Shown piece after piece: positions 11,558 to 25,146 of a stretch of 64,000 nucleotides of DNA. Position numbers and translations under genes: made by a program. The stretch is from Adineta vaga (taxonomy: Eukaryota > Animalia > Rotifera). The notes below the pieces were generated by a model. The model worked only from the letters and a program-made list of their open reading frames with translations. It ran no database searches and was not told the DNA's origin. The stretch lies in NCBI GenBank assembly GCA_021613535.1, contig CP075494.1, positions 6,820,001-6,884,000 on the forward strand, read 5' to 3'. Position 1 is the stretch's first letter; every line of letters begins with the position of its first letter.

Positions 11558-14289
11558 ATGACTGCAAGTACATTTCAAGATAAATTAAAAGATTTGAATT
11601 TAACTGGTGATGAAGTAAAACGCTTTTCGGATGCATTTCAAAACGAAGAATTTCGTAAGTTATTTATTCAATATGCCGAAGAATTAAACGATCCAGTCAA
11701 TCGTGAATTATATGAAAAAGAAATTCGTGCTGCTGAACAACAACGTGGATCTGATGTTACCTTTGTTCATCCAAATCCAGGTCATGTATTGAAAACAACA
11801 CTCAATGGAAAAACTAAATGTTTTATTAACATTGCAACGAATGAACATGTAGAGAAACCATCTTTTGAAAAAGCCAATGGATCAAATGGCAATAGAGGTG
11901 CACAATGGAGTTTACCACATTGTTTAGCAGGTCCACATGAAGATGTAGATCATGACTCGAAATTATGTACTGTTTATGATGTGATCTACTCGCCGGATAC
12001 CTATAGAATGGGTGAAACGAATGGAAAATTTATGAATATGATTGAGGAATCGGCAATAGATTCAGTTGAAAAGAATTATAATTGTAAATTAGATCGAGCA
12101 AATGTGAAAAGATTGAAAATGAAATTCAAAGGTGTGGCCAAAGCAACAATCATTCGGAAAAAAAACGAGAATTTTCAAGAAGAAACAGAAATGAATACTG
12201 AAAAAGACCTGAAACATGAAACGTAAGTTTGCTAATGCAGTTATTATTTTAATTTATCGATTCTATTTCTTTTCTTCTCTAGCGATGAAATCATTGACAA
12301 AGCTCTATCTAATGCTCAAAATCATAAAGTTGTTCTCTCAAGCCATAATCGTTCATCAAATGCTCCTCCATCAACGAGCGTAACTTCACTCCAAACAAAT
12401 TCACCTAGTACCGATGAAAATGGATTTACAATTCCGACATATCGTATAATTCATCGTGGCGAATTTGATATACAGGATTGTACAAATCCTCTTGTTCCAC
12501 AGATTCATTCAATGCGTCCAAAAGAATTACTTGTAGAAATTGATCTTCCCCTGTGTGCATCAACTAGTAATGTTGATTTAGATGTATGTGAACGTTCATT
12601 GAAACTTCACTGTGATTCGCCGAAATATTCACTTGATTTACCATTATCTTATCCAGTTCGCGAAAGTGATAGTCACGCACGTTTTGATAAAAAACAACGG
12701 AAATTACTTGTTACATTAGCTGTTATTAAAGAAACTCCGTCGATGATGGAAATTCAAACAGACATTCCATCTGAAGAAATAAATGAAGAATCCAATGAAA
12801 TCTATTCAAGTATTCCAACATCAGAATCAATGTCGAGTATTGTAAAGCCTGAAAATATAACTTATTCATCGATTCCATTTGAATATAAGCAAGGTTCAGC
12901 ACATTTAGCACTTGTTCTACATGTTAAAAATGTTGATAAATCAAGTTTAAAATTAGACAATGATGGACAACATATAACTATTCAGTTAACTTCATTAGGT
13001 TCAGGATTTTATCCACTTTCTCACCAACTTTGTGTTGATTTCGATGAACCGAAGACGTTCGAAACCACAGAAAATTCTTCCAGCATAACATTCAATGAAG
13101 ATAATGTTTTAATTCTATTGAAGAAAACTTCAAATAATAAAGAAATAGCTCGATTTTCAACTGGCAGTAACCGTGATAATATGGAGGTAAAAATAAAATA
13201 TTCTTCATAAATCATGAACACAAATATTTGATCATGTCTAACATTTCCACCTGTACATTATGTTTTTTTTTACTTCTCATGTTTAGATCAATTATTCAGG
13301 TGCGTCAAGTAGTACGGCCGATAAGACAAACTCACTATCCAATCAAGTCATGACAAAAGAAGATTTTCTCATAACAAAATCAGATTCATCAGCATCATCG
13401 AATGGTGATCATCCGAAAAAATTAACAAAAAAACAAGCAAAAAAAATGGCCAAAGAAAAGCGGAAGAATTCCACATCAACAACAGATAGTAATGAGAAAT
13501 TATCAAATAAAATTTCGAACATCTCCCTTCAATCGAATACTGACGAAGAGAAAGAAGAAGATAAACTTCCTGATATGCCAAAAAACATTCCACGTCCAAC
13601 AATCTATCGTCGACATATGTCCGAATCGCAAGTTGAATTAGGACCTACGTCAAACGGAGAATTTAAATTAAAAGTAGGAAACTTTGATCGAAATGTTTTC
13701 ATTTGAAAATCTTTCAACAAATTTTCAGGGTATATTAAAAAATTCAACTAAATATCGTTCATATTCAGCATCATTCAGTGAACCATTTGATAACCTTAAC
13801 CATGATGATCATCGTGACGAATCTGTTTTTGAAGCATGTTCAGCTGCTGATGATCTAACTAGTAGCAATGAAAATAATAGTATTGTAACATCACCAGATA
13901 GTGGTGGTAGTAGTAGTTTATGTACAACACCAAATTCATCATTGAATGTTAAACATGTAACTTTTAATAATCAAGTATCGAGAAAAACATTTAAACCAGG
14001 TGGACCTGTTTCGGGTATGAGAAAATTATCATCGAATCAACAACGTAAATTGAAAAAACGTAAACGACAAGATTCTCTGAATTCTCAATCAAGTGATCAA
14101 GACGATTCAACCTCGGACAAAAATAAAGTCGGCCAATCGAATGATTATAAAAATCCTGTTCAATTTCAAGATATGATCGCTCGAGAAGCCAGCGGTATTC
14201 AATCGACTAATCAAGACGGAAATGAAGCATCAACAACTAAATCAGCTGTTCGATTTACTAACCCTCTTATTTTCGAATTAGACAATTAG
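11558..14289 (+). CDS. DNAAF2: Dynein axonemal assembly factor 2 (kintoun), PIH1 and CS domains
   Basis: FRKLFIQYAEEL...FVHPNPGHVLKT..KCFINI..WSLPHCL; RPKELLVEIDLPL; ARFDKKQRKLLVTL; C-terminal NPLIFELD. Confidence 0.92.
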
Positions 14290-14449
14290 TGTGTCAATCT
14301 TTCTTTCTCTTTTTTTTCTCTTCGTGATGTGCATGGTTGTTTAGTGTCTTTGTAAATAATATCATATCTGCCTATACACTGACATTTATTTGGTGGTGTT
14401 TAAAAGAAAAATAACATATTAGATTTTTATGTTGTTTCTTTTCTTTCAG

Positions 14450-16686
14450 ATGTCCGAATTCGATACCATTGACTTAGATACTGTGGTTGGTAAATCACAA
14501 TATGCACTTTATGAATATCATTTTGCCCAAGCTGATCCTCACGATCATGGTATAGTTAGTTCAATAGAAGCAAATAATTATTATCAACGTGCACATTTAA
14601 AACCTGATCAATTGAAAATGATTTGGAACTTAGCTGATCCACATGGTCGTGGTTATTTAGATCGACGTGGATTTTATATTGGATTGAAATTAATTGCCAT
14701 TGCACAGAATAACTTAGATTTTCATGATTATTCCAACTTAACAAAAGATATTGTCCCACCAAATTTAGCTGGTGATATTCCACAAACTATAAGCCTTGCA
14801 GTTGCTGATATTTGGACAATTGGACCAACAGCTCGTTGTACATTTGATGTAGCCTTTGAAAAATTAAGTGGAACAATGAGCAAATTACCTGGTACATCAG
14901 TTAAACCAATATTTCTTAAATCCGGTCTATCTGCTGATCAATTACATAAGATTTGGGAATTGAGTGATATTGATGAAGATGGCGCATTAGATCGAAATGA
15001 ATTTGCTATTGCAATGTTTCTTATACATGGTTTAAAAACGACAACGATTCGAGAATTACCAGATCGTTTACCAACAAATTTAATGCCAATACGTATGCGT
15101 CGTGTATCCGGAGCTGAAATTGGACTTCATATACCAAATATAATGCCAACAGGAACTCAATTACCAACACTATTACCAGCACAAATCTCACCATCGAAAC
15201 GAACGGATGATCAATGGATTGTCAGTTTGGAAGAGAAACAAAAATTTGATATTTTATTCAATCAATTAGATTTAGATAAAGATGGATTTCTTACAGGTGG
15301 TGATGTTTTTCAAACATTTCTTGCAAGTGGCCTACCAAATTTTGTTCTATCACATATTTGGAACATATGTGACATTGGTCAAACTGGTAAACTTAATGCT
15401 GAACAATTTGCATTAGCATCATACTTTATTCGATTGAAATTACAAGGTTTGCTCTTTCATTTCTCCATGATAATATCCTTGAATCTTTTTTTACTAGCAC
15501 CAACTTATCAAATTCCAATGGAACTTTCGCATGATATGATACCGCCATCACTTCGACCAAAAACATTTTCTGTTAGTGAAAGTGATAATGCAGAATTACA
15601 ACGTTTACTAAGTGAAGTCAATGCATTAACAAGCGAAAAAAGTCTATGCGAAATTCAATTCAATGAAAAACAACAAGCAGTTAAAGAAAAACGTGCTGAA
15701 TTATCATCATTGGAACTTCGATGTGGTACTGTTAATGCAACATTAGTTGAACGTCAACAACGCATGACGGAAAAACAAAATGAATTAGGTGATATACAAA
15801 CTCGAAAGGAAAAGACGATTAAAGATATTTACGATGTTGAACAACAAATTAAAGAAGAAAATCGTTTAATTGAACTTGCACGAGAGAAAATCAATGAATT
15901 GTCTGTTGAAACTGATGCACAACAAGAAATACGTCAAACATTAAATAAGATAAAAGATGAAAAAAATACAATTGAAAGTCGACTTTTAAATAAACAACAA
16001 CAATTGAATCAAACTAAATTAGATCTTGAACGATATCAACGTATTGTGGAAGGTCAACGTGCACTTATTGATCAATATATGAATAGTGAACAAAAAGATT
16101 CACTCACAGCTATTAATGAATTGACAGAAAAATTTAAACAGGTAGAAGAAAATATTTTCTTCATCTTTTTTTGTATCAATAATCATCTGTTTTTATATTT
16201 CTTAATTAGTTGGCTGATAGTCCCGTTAAAACAGTTGCTCCTCTACCTATGGCTAATCAATTTGTTACTCCTAAACAACCAACACAAGTGACATCACCAA
16301 CAACTACTTCCGCAGATCCGTTTGGCTTACCAGCCAATACAAATAGTACATTCAATGCATTTCCACCTGTAAATGATCCATTTGGAACTAATCGAGCTAA
16401 TGATCCGTTCTTTTCTGCTACGCCAGCAAGTGGCAATCAAAAATTAGATGAATCTGATCCGTTTCGATCAGGTGATTTCGATGCAGCACATGAATTAATG
16501 AAAAAATCAATGGCTAGTCGTTCGAAAACTCCCGGTGCAAATATGTTTGGTGCAAGTGATTTTAGTCATACTGCTCCGCCACCTGTCAATCGACCACAAT
16601 CAGCAATGCCGTGGGAACCAACTCGTCAAGCTCCCCCTCAACCTGGTACACAAGCATTTAACGATCTTTTTGATGTTTTTGGTTAA
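14450..16686 (+). CDS. EPS15: EPS15/EPS15L1-like endocytic adaptor (3 EH domains, coiled coil, DPF repeats)
   Basis: Three EH domains (IWNLAD, IWELSDIDEDGALD, IWNICD); long coiled coil; four DPF motifs; introns at ~15447-15498 and ~16142-16209. Confidence 0.88.
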
Positions 16687-17489
16687 TAGAGAAGCACTTC
16701 ATTCATTCATTCACCTATATATATATATATGTATTGTCTCTAGTCTTATATTTTATTTTAAATGTTGTCGTAATATTAATGGAAATAGAATCTGTAGTCT
16801 TTGTCGATTTGAAATAGAGAAAATGATATTATTCGTGTAATCAACAAATAAAAGGGCATCAATTCTCCATCCAAGGCCAACTGTGTCTTTGAAATTTCTT
16901 TCTCTTTCTTCTTTCTAAAATAGGTAGGTTGTTTTCGTTCGTTCTCTTCCTCAATAGAACTATGAAAGAAAAGAAGGAGAGAGAGAGACGGAAAAAATTG
17001 CGAGGAAGATTGATTGGCAATCGTAAACGAAAATGAAACAAGGGATGTTCTAATGGCACAAGTTAGACTTTCGTTTTCTTTTTGATACTACTTTCATGTA
17101 GGTGTTGTTATTTTGTCGATGCCAGGTAATGTTCGATAGGTAGAGAAAGAAATGCGAATTGTTAAACATCATCATACACATACCTTTTAAACTTATTATG
17201 GTTATATACAAGTGATTAATGTCGAAAAAATGACGAAGAAGAAGGATAAGATCGTAAATAAGTATATTTATATGTCTGTCAATAGTGTCAATGACTGATA
17301 AGTGAGAAAAAAACGAATGGTATTTACTTTTTCGATATATCGAGAAAGAAAAATGAAATTCTATTCTTTGATCTCTAGACCATTGATAGAAGTATGATTT
17401 CAAGGCGTAGACTAATATTTTCATAACTGATAAGAAAAGAACCTTGTAGAAGCAAAGAAAAATATTCGATTATTTTTGTAGATTAATAA

Positions 17490-18026
17490 ATGACTATTCC
17501 TGACGAAGAAATACTTATTTCTCCATCTCCAGTTCGAGAAAAGCCACCCATTTCACGACTTAATGCGCCTCAATCTATACGTATTGAGTGTCAAGCTGAA
17601 GAACGACATTTTATCAATTCAATTCCATTAAAAATCAATGCTTCTGCAAAACCAATTCGTTTTACAATGAATGATTCAACAAAATCAGGTCCATATCGCT
17701 CAGAAATTATTATTCATAGTAATCCTGATACGGATTTTTATATAAAAAAATTCCGTGTAGCTTATCATACACGCGATGATTTATCCTTAGCACATCCAAA
17801 AACACCTCGAGCATCATCATCACGTAGTCATTCTGTTCATGTTCCATCGCATGAAAAGCAACGTGCTCAACAATCAGGAAAAGGTCGATCCGTTTCATTT
17901 CCACGATCGAATTCTCAAGCAATCTTACATCAATGGATCGATGATATCTGTTCGGATGAAAAATTATTAACAAATGATAATATTTCTTTTTTTCTTAGAA
18001 ATGGTGAATTTCTTGCTAGAATTTAA
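17490..18026 (+). CDS. Uncharacterised 178-aa Ser/Pro/Arg-rich protein
   Basis: Intact ORF with codon usage like neighbouring genes; acceptor ttttgtag just upstream; AATAAA at ~18061; no recognisable domain. Confidence 0.65.
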   Translation: MTIPDEEILISPSPVREKPPISRLNAPQSIRIECQAEERHFINSIPLKINASAKPIRFTMNDSTKSGPYRSEIIIHSNPDTDFYIKKFRVAYHTRDDLSLAHPKTPRASSSRSHSVHVPSHEKQRAQQSGKGRSVSFPRSNSQAILHQWIDDICSDEKLLTNDNISFFLRNGEFLARI

Positions 18027-18191
18027 TCACTTTTTAATGCTTCGATAAGATTATTTCATCAATAAAATAAATAGATTATTTTTTTGCTTATGATATCACA
18101 ATATTTAACCGTTAATCTTTCGAATTATCTGAATTAGATTCGATTTATTTATCACAAAAAATGAACAATGTTAGGAAGACAGAAAAATGCT

Positions 18192-19390
18192 TTAAAATCG
18201 AATGGTAATAACATCAGGAGAGGATGGTGAACATTCACTGGATTTTTGTCGAAGATATTCTACTTTGAGCTTTTCTTCACCTTGTTTTTTCCATGAATCA
18301 AAATGATTTATTAGGTTTTGTTCGTTGAATTCAATTTTATATTCTTTTTCTTGATTTTCAATACGTTGTGCACGAATTTGTCCAAGAACAGAATTGAATA
18401 AATGTTGCCAACGTTCATTTTCTTTTGAATAATGTGAGTCACTATCATCGGAAGACCTACGTTGTTTCGAAGTTGTCTCGCCATCATTTTCATCATCTGT
18501 TCCAGATGTTGTTGATGATCGTCGTTCAATCATATGTGATATATGACGAATCAATTGAGAATGAGAATGTTCTTCTACATGATCACCAGCATTAACTAGT
18601 TGTTTTTTAACTTTGCGTGATTTCTTATCCAAATGTTGAATACGAGATGTATCATGAACATTAATTCCATTGGATTTCCCATCAGTTAATAGACCAGTTT
18701 TCATATACCATTCAATAAACTCATCTTTAGTTATATGATCATCATCATTGGTATTCAATTCATTAAATGCATCGTCAATACGTTTTTGAAGATTCGGTTG
18801 TCGATTCGAATCATCTGCATCGGAATTATGTTGACGTCGTTTTTTATTCGAATTCGTTACTTCAACAAGTGTATGTAACATTTGTGTCATTTCATCTTTT
18901 GTTATTCGTCCATCATTATCTAAATCGAATATACTAAATATTGTTTCTACTAAACGTAAACGATTGACAACGGAAGCTGCAGATAAGGCCATAACAAATT
19001 CTCTATATAGAGACAACGAAATACTAAGAAGATTTCAAATATTCATCTTACTTAAAATCAATAAATTGATTTTTATCTTTATCATAAACATTGAACATAT
19101 GTTTAACATAATCTACCGTCTTTTGTGTAGGTTTACCCATGATTTTCGAATATTCATGTTCGAATTGTTTTAAAGTTAATCGACCATCGGGACAATCTTT
19201 ATAGAAATTTCTAATATAAAGAACACGTTGGATTAAAGAGATTTCCATAAATTAACAAAAATTTAACTTACGAGTGCCATTTAAGTAATTCTTCTTCTGA
19301 AAAACCTGTTTGTTCACAAAGATCATCTATCATTTCTTTACTCATCTGTTCACCGGCCTCGGAATGACGTCGACTTAGTTTTGAACCCAT
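18192..19390 (-). CDS. Neuronal calcium sensor/recoverin-family EF-hand protein with C-terminal extension
   Basis: MGSKLS myristoylation motif; TGFSEEELLKW..FYKDCPDG; EF loops DKDKNQFIDFKE, DLDNDGRITKDE, NTNDDDHITKDE. Confidence 0.88.
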
Positions 19391-20336
19391 TTGATTCCTT
19401 TCTAATGGAAGTATACTTTCAATTAGCACTCCTACACGATCTAAAATAACCAGAGTATTTCTTCATTTCTACTTAATGCCTATTTTCCTTGACATTAATA
19501 ATATTTTTCTTATTTCTTATTTTAACAGAACAGAAATTCATCGAAAAGATGAAGAATGACTAGAAAAATATGCAGTGATTACCCGAAGAAAATATTAATA
19601 GAGAAACGACAACATATGCATTTGTATGCTTTAGATATAATAAATAAAACTGAAGAAGAGAAGAAAAAAAGAAGCGTCGGGAAAGAACAGTCATATACGT
19701 ACCACTCGACGTAGAAAGTATTGAATAGAAATTGAAATTTTCTCTGTTAAAAAACAACAACACATACCTATATTCAAATAAAATCTATGATAATTAAATA
19801 GTTTCATAAAACTTCACACGACGTAATAGAAGGGAAAACATGTGAAAATCTACGACGTATATATTTATTTATTTATGTCGAAAGAACAAATATATCACAT
19901 GTTCAACTAGATAATAATCACCTCGATATAGAGCTGGAAAGAAAAAAACGCACTTGATACATGGATTATATAACATAATATCAATGATTTATAAGCAATA
20001 TTATACAGAAATGTATTCTGTTGATTGAAATAACTAATTTAGCATGTCTTTTCATTGCAAGAAAAGAGGAAAAATATATATGATTTGGTATCTTAGTCGT
20101 TTCTTTTTTGTTAGTAACACGTGTGACTAGTTTGAAAGAGTAAATGTAACATTCGATCATATTTTTTCATTCATAAAACCAAATTAACAAACGTATAGAA
20201 CGAAAGACGAAGAAGAAAAAGAAGAATCAATACGATGATTTGAATGATTGCATGTGATAATATGAATGAAGATGAACATTGCAAAGACAAGAGATAATAG
20301 TTTTACTGGTTAACCGTCATTGCAATTTTTTCCTCG

Positions 20337-21883
20337 TCAGTCTTTACTCGTGATTGATCCTTTTTTAAGACGATGAATAGATGATTGTCTAAGATCATGC
20401 GAACTTTGCCATTGACGTGTTGCAAAATTATATTTTTTAATAATCTGATTCTCGCCTGTTTCGGGTATCGTATCCATCAACAATCTATAAAGAAAATAAA
20501 AGATCATCTTGAGTACATATTTTTTGGATATGCGTACAATTTATGGTTTTTTGTTGCAAGACCATTTGACGTCTTGAAATTCGGTATATTAGCAATTACT
20601 TGCCAAGTTTTCTTCTTTCTATTATATTCTTCAATTTTACCATCTGAATAACATATGAAATTGTGCAATAGACACAACCCAAAAAATAGTCACTTACATG
20701 GAACAACTTTACCTTTTTTATCAAAATTATATCCACCCGCAATAAATAACGCACTATATGTAAAACATTGCCTAAACTAAATAGAATTTTCAAAGATACT
20801 TACGGTGGATCGACATGATCAATTATACTAATTAATGGCCGAGCTCTTGGAGGATGAATATCTATCAATGTTTTCCATTGTTTTTCATCCAAATTCAATA
20901 GAAGTACGTCACTAATGGCAATGAGTATTTCAATAAAATTCTATGACAATCATTACTTTGTCATTACTTACCCATGACATAATATTTCATGTCCAATAAA
21001 ATCAAATCCACCAATAACATAGAGATTGTTATCGATCACACTAACACCTGGACCAATTGTACCATCTTAGCAAAGATGAAATAATTTCAATTTCACGATT
21101 CTTTGATAAATAAACTTACTAGGCATATCTGGTAAATTTTGCCATTTGAATTCTTCTGCTTGTGTATCAAGCATAGTCACATTCGACATTGATTCAAAAT
21201 CAAAATTATGTCCACCAACAATAATAATCTTATTATCATCAGTTGCTGCTAAGCCAAAACCCATGCGACCATTTCCAGGCAATGGAGGAATTGCAACTAA
21301 TTTTTTATTGTTATTATCATAACTAAGTATCAACAATTGTATTTAATTACTCAATCTCTTCCATTCACTCTTACAAATAATCATGTTTTGGTATTGTTTT
21401 TTCTCCTGTTTCACTATCGACAATATAACCACCGATAAGAAAGACTCTATCATCCATTTGCATCAATGCATATCGTTTACGAATTTCTTGCAATTTCTCA
21501 ATAGCTTCATCTTGCATCGTAGTCATCTGTTCATCACTAATCGTGATTGCTGGAGATGAAACGATCGCTGTTGGTCGTCCGATATCGAATGTATCTTTCT
21601 GTTCATGAAATGCTTGGTAATGACTACGTCGAAGACTTTTTTCAAAATATTCATTTAAACAATTGTCGCATTTATTTGAAAGACAATAAATTGATTTCAA
21701 ATCAGGCTTCTTTATATAAGCCTATTGAAAAGTTTACTTTCATTCATGTTCAATCGATAGAATATCTACCTGTAAGATTGGTTCTACAAACTTTTCATTT
21801 ACACATTCATTCGTTTGTTCACAACAACATACAGTTTCGCATCTTGAAATTGGAGATTTCTTCGATTGACATTGATAATTCAT
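20337..21883 (-). CDS. Kelch-repeat protein
   Basis: Kelch blades VFLIGGY, IIIVGGH...WQNLPDMP, LYVIGGF...W, LRVD...YNRKKKTW; multi-exon; start MNYQCQ is inferred. Confidence 0.78.
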
Positions 21884-22021
21884 TAGAAAAACAAAAAAAG
21901 AAGCATTTTTTCCGCGTTTTTTTAGTTTCCTGCATCGTTTAATGAAAAGAAAAGTAACAAAAAATTCACCGGCTCTACTTTATAAGAAAGAAAAAGGAAA
22001 GACTTGATTTGTTCGCTTTTT

Positions 22022-24812
22022 CTATTTAGAAAAAGCATACCAATTCGTTAGAAAATCAGATTCATCATCAATATTTTGATTAAGACAAATTATCTGTTGA
22101 TCGTTTCTTAATTTTTGAATATAAGCTCGAGCCAAAAGTTCGTTTTCAATATAATTATGTGCAATAAGCCATTCGCAGAATTCATTTCCATTAAAAATCG
22201 ATTCCGAAGATTGATTCAAACTAAATAGAAAATGAAGTATTCTACTTTCTATTTCAAGTGACAATACAAATATAAAATGACATTTAAAAAGAATTAAATT
22301 GCAAATTAGTTTTCTTATATAGAAATTCAAACTAAAAGAACAATCATCAAGTTTCATATTCAATATCTAAATAAATCATTGACAATAGAATTACAAAACA
22401 TCGATGAGCAACAAACAAGATAGAAATACATACATGAGGATATTATTCAATATTATTTCTTTAAAAATTATAGTTAATAAAGTTTGAAAGAAAGAAATGT
22501 TTCATACCTTGTATGATGAAGAAATTCAGGTCGAATTCGACATTCAAAATCTAATGTTTCATCATTCTTATTTTGATTTCGAGAACGAATTTGATTAAAT
22601 CGAAAACAATAAAACACTTTCATCATTCTAAACATAAACCAAACATACATTTGATTTTCTTCCATATCTTCTATCTTACTTTCGTGATATTGGTACAAGT
22701 AAATCAGCATCCAATGCGAAGACAAGAAATGTAACAATACCCTAGAGAAAACAAAAGAAATATTCAAACTTAGAAAATATACATACTCAATCTCTTACTT
22801 GTCCGTACAATAAAACTGTATCTAAAAATTGTATTTCATAATAAATACCATCGCGATCACGTGATAAAAGTAACCATAATAAAACTGATACACACTAAAT
22901 CATTCCTTACAAATAGAAATTTTCGTTTTTCAATCGAATATACGTACAATAACAGCATCAATCGTTAATAAAGCAACCAATATTGCATGACGAAATAATT
23001 GTGTATCACCTTCCAACGAGTTGTTCTCTGTAAAAGAAACATAGTCAAACTTACAACTAAATCAAAAGTACCTTTCGGAGTAAATGGTGCTTCAATTTCT
23101 TCATCATTATCATCCATCAATGGTCGTACTTCATTTGTACCTGAATTTGAATCATTTTGATCTGATCGATGATCAGTTAAATCATGCCGTAATCGATATG
23201 TTCGTCGCGCAATACGAAGAAGACTAATAGTGTTAATTAAAATACATAAAACAAGTAATAAAATCGAAAGAATAATTTGAAGTTTGCCCAATTTTCCTGC
23301 TCCTAACAATTCTGGTATGTCTTTTGATTGTTGATTAGCTAACGAACAAAAATAAATTACTAATGATATAGACAATGGTACAATCCATCCAAATATATGA
23401 TAGATCCAAGAATATCGACGAGCAAATTCATTCGAATGACATATTGTAAACATCAAGGCTATCGATAAACTTGTTACCCATGTTCGTGTAGCCAATGCTG
23501 TGAAGAGAGTTCCTAAATCAGCTATGGCTGACATAGTAAATGATAAGGATTGTTTCACATGATGCACAATTATTGTCCAAATAGCTAATGTGATTTGTAG
23601 ACCAACAAAAATAAATGTATATTTATGAATAAAAGATACTCGAAACCAACGATGTCGTAAACAGAATCCAATTAGAACAATAATCGTACAAAGTAAAGAT
23701 AAAATACTAACATCATATGCTGTTTTTGTTAATAAGATTTCATATGATTCTGTTAATTTGACACTTAATGTATGTAGATTAATCATTTTTGCTGAAACAA
23801 GAATAATAGGTCCTGCTAATAGAGTTGATACGACAAGTTCTGTTGATGCAATTGTTTGTAAACCTAACATAGATTCAGGTACATAGAACATCACCGATGG
23901 TGCTGTTGGTGCTGTTCCATATAGAAATCCTAGATTCGAATATTCCAAAGTATAATTCATATTTCCATCTATCGGTTTAACAAGAAAGAAAACAGCTTGA
24001 CGTAATATCAATGGAAAGAGGACTAATTTCAATAAACTAAGTAAGAAAACAGTGATAACAAGATGTGCATGTAAACGATTTAATTTTCCGACCATTGTTA
24101 AACCAAGATAGAAAAGTGCTGTCGCTGTAAATGATTGAGCTAATGGAGTTAGAATACCATCGATTAATTCAGGTAGATGCTGTTGAAATAGTTGATTAAA
24201 TATAACTCCAAGTAATGTACATATAACAATAGGATTTCGAGCAATATTTCCACCTACATTAGATATTAATTGAAAACAAGACCAAGATCTTTCTCGATGT
24301 TTTCGTTGATTATCAAGACGTTTTTGTATTTCAATTAAAATAAGCCCAATTGGATTCAATATAACCAATGATATCGGTGCAATTAAATAAATATATCGAC
24401 TATATTCCGGATGTGATTGTTTATAAACAGCTTGAATGATCGGTAAAATCAATGCAAAATCATTACTTTGTGTTGACATGATAGCATATTGACCCATACT
24501 AGCGAAATTTTTTGGACGTTCAGCTATATATGTTAAAAGAATTGTAATTAAAAATAGAAGAGATTTACTAATTAAAACAGATGTTAAAAATTGCCATGAA
24601 ACACTTTGAAATTGAACATCAACGAGATTTTTAAAGATAACAGCTGGCAAGGCAAAATTACTTATATAACGTGATAAGCCAATGGAATGAGAATTCGTTA
24701 AAAGATTTAGTTGTCCGGCTATATAACCACAACAGATTATGAAGAAACATTGAATAAGTGCTGGATAAAGTTCATTATCAACCGTTAAAGGAACTATTGT
24801 TGTTTCATTCAT
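22022..24812 (-). CDS. GPR155: GPR155/LYCHOS: PIN-like transporter fold, GPCR-like 7TM and C-terminal DEP domain
   Basis: LYPALIQCFFIICCGY; FALPAVIF; TQSNDFALILPI; LYGTAPTAPSV; DEP-like FNGNEFCEWL. Confidence 0.92.
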
Positions 24813-24956
24813 TATCTGAAGGATAAAATAAAACTAGATCGATGAATAGAAAAGTCAAATTTATCATTTAAGTATTAAATATGTATTAACTTGAATAAAA
24901 GTGTCCGTTCTGTTTGTTTGTCATTCTGTTCTGTACTACACTGCACCGTAATAGTT

Positions 24957-24976
24957 AACGAACGAACGAACGAACG
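24957..24976. repeat. (AACG)5 tetranucleotide repeat in the divergent GPR155/RTK intergenic region
   Basis: aacgaacgaacgaacgaacg seen directly. Confidence 0.9.
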
Positions 24977-25146
24977 AATACTGATTCTGGTCACTAGATG
25001 TCAGGTATAATGAATAAATGTATCACAAAATGAATCATGACAGTCGTATAAAAATACAGAACAAAATCAATCATTCATTCGTTCTGTTTTCTTTTTCGTT
25101 TTAGTTTCGATGTGTGAGTAAGCTCGCTGTATCGTATTGTTGAAGA

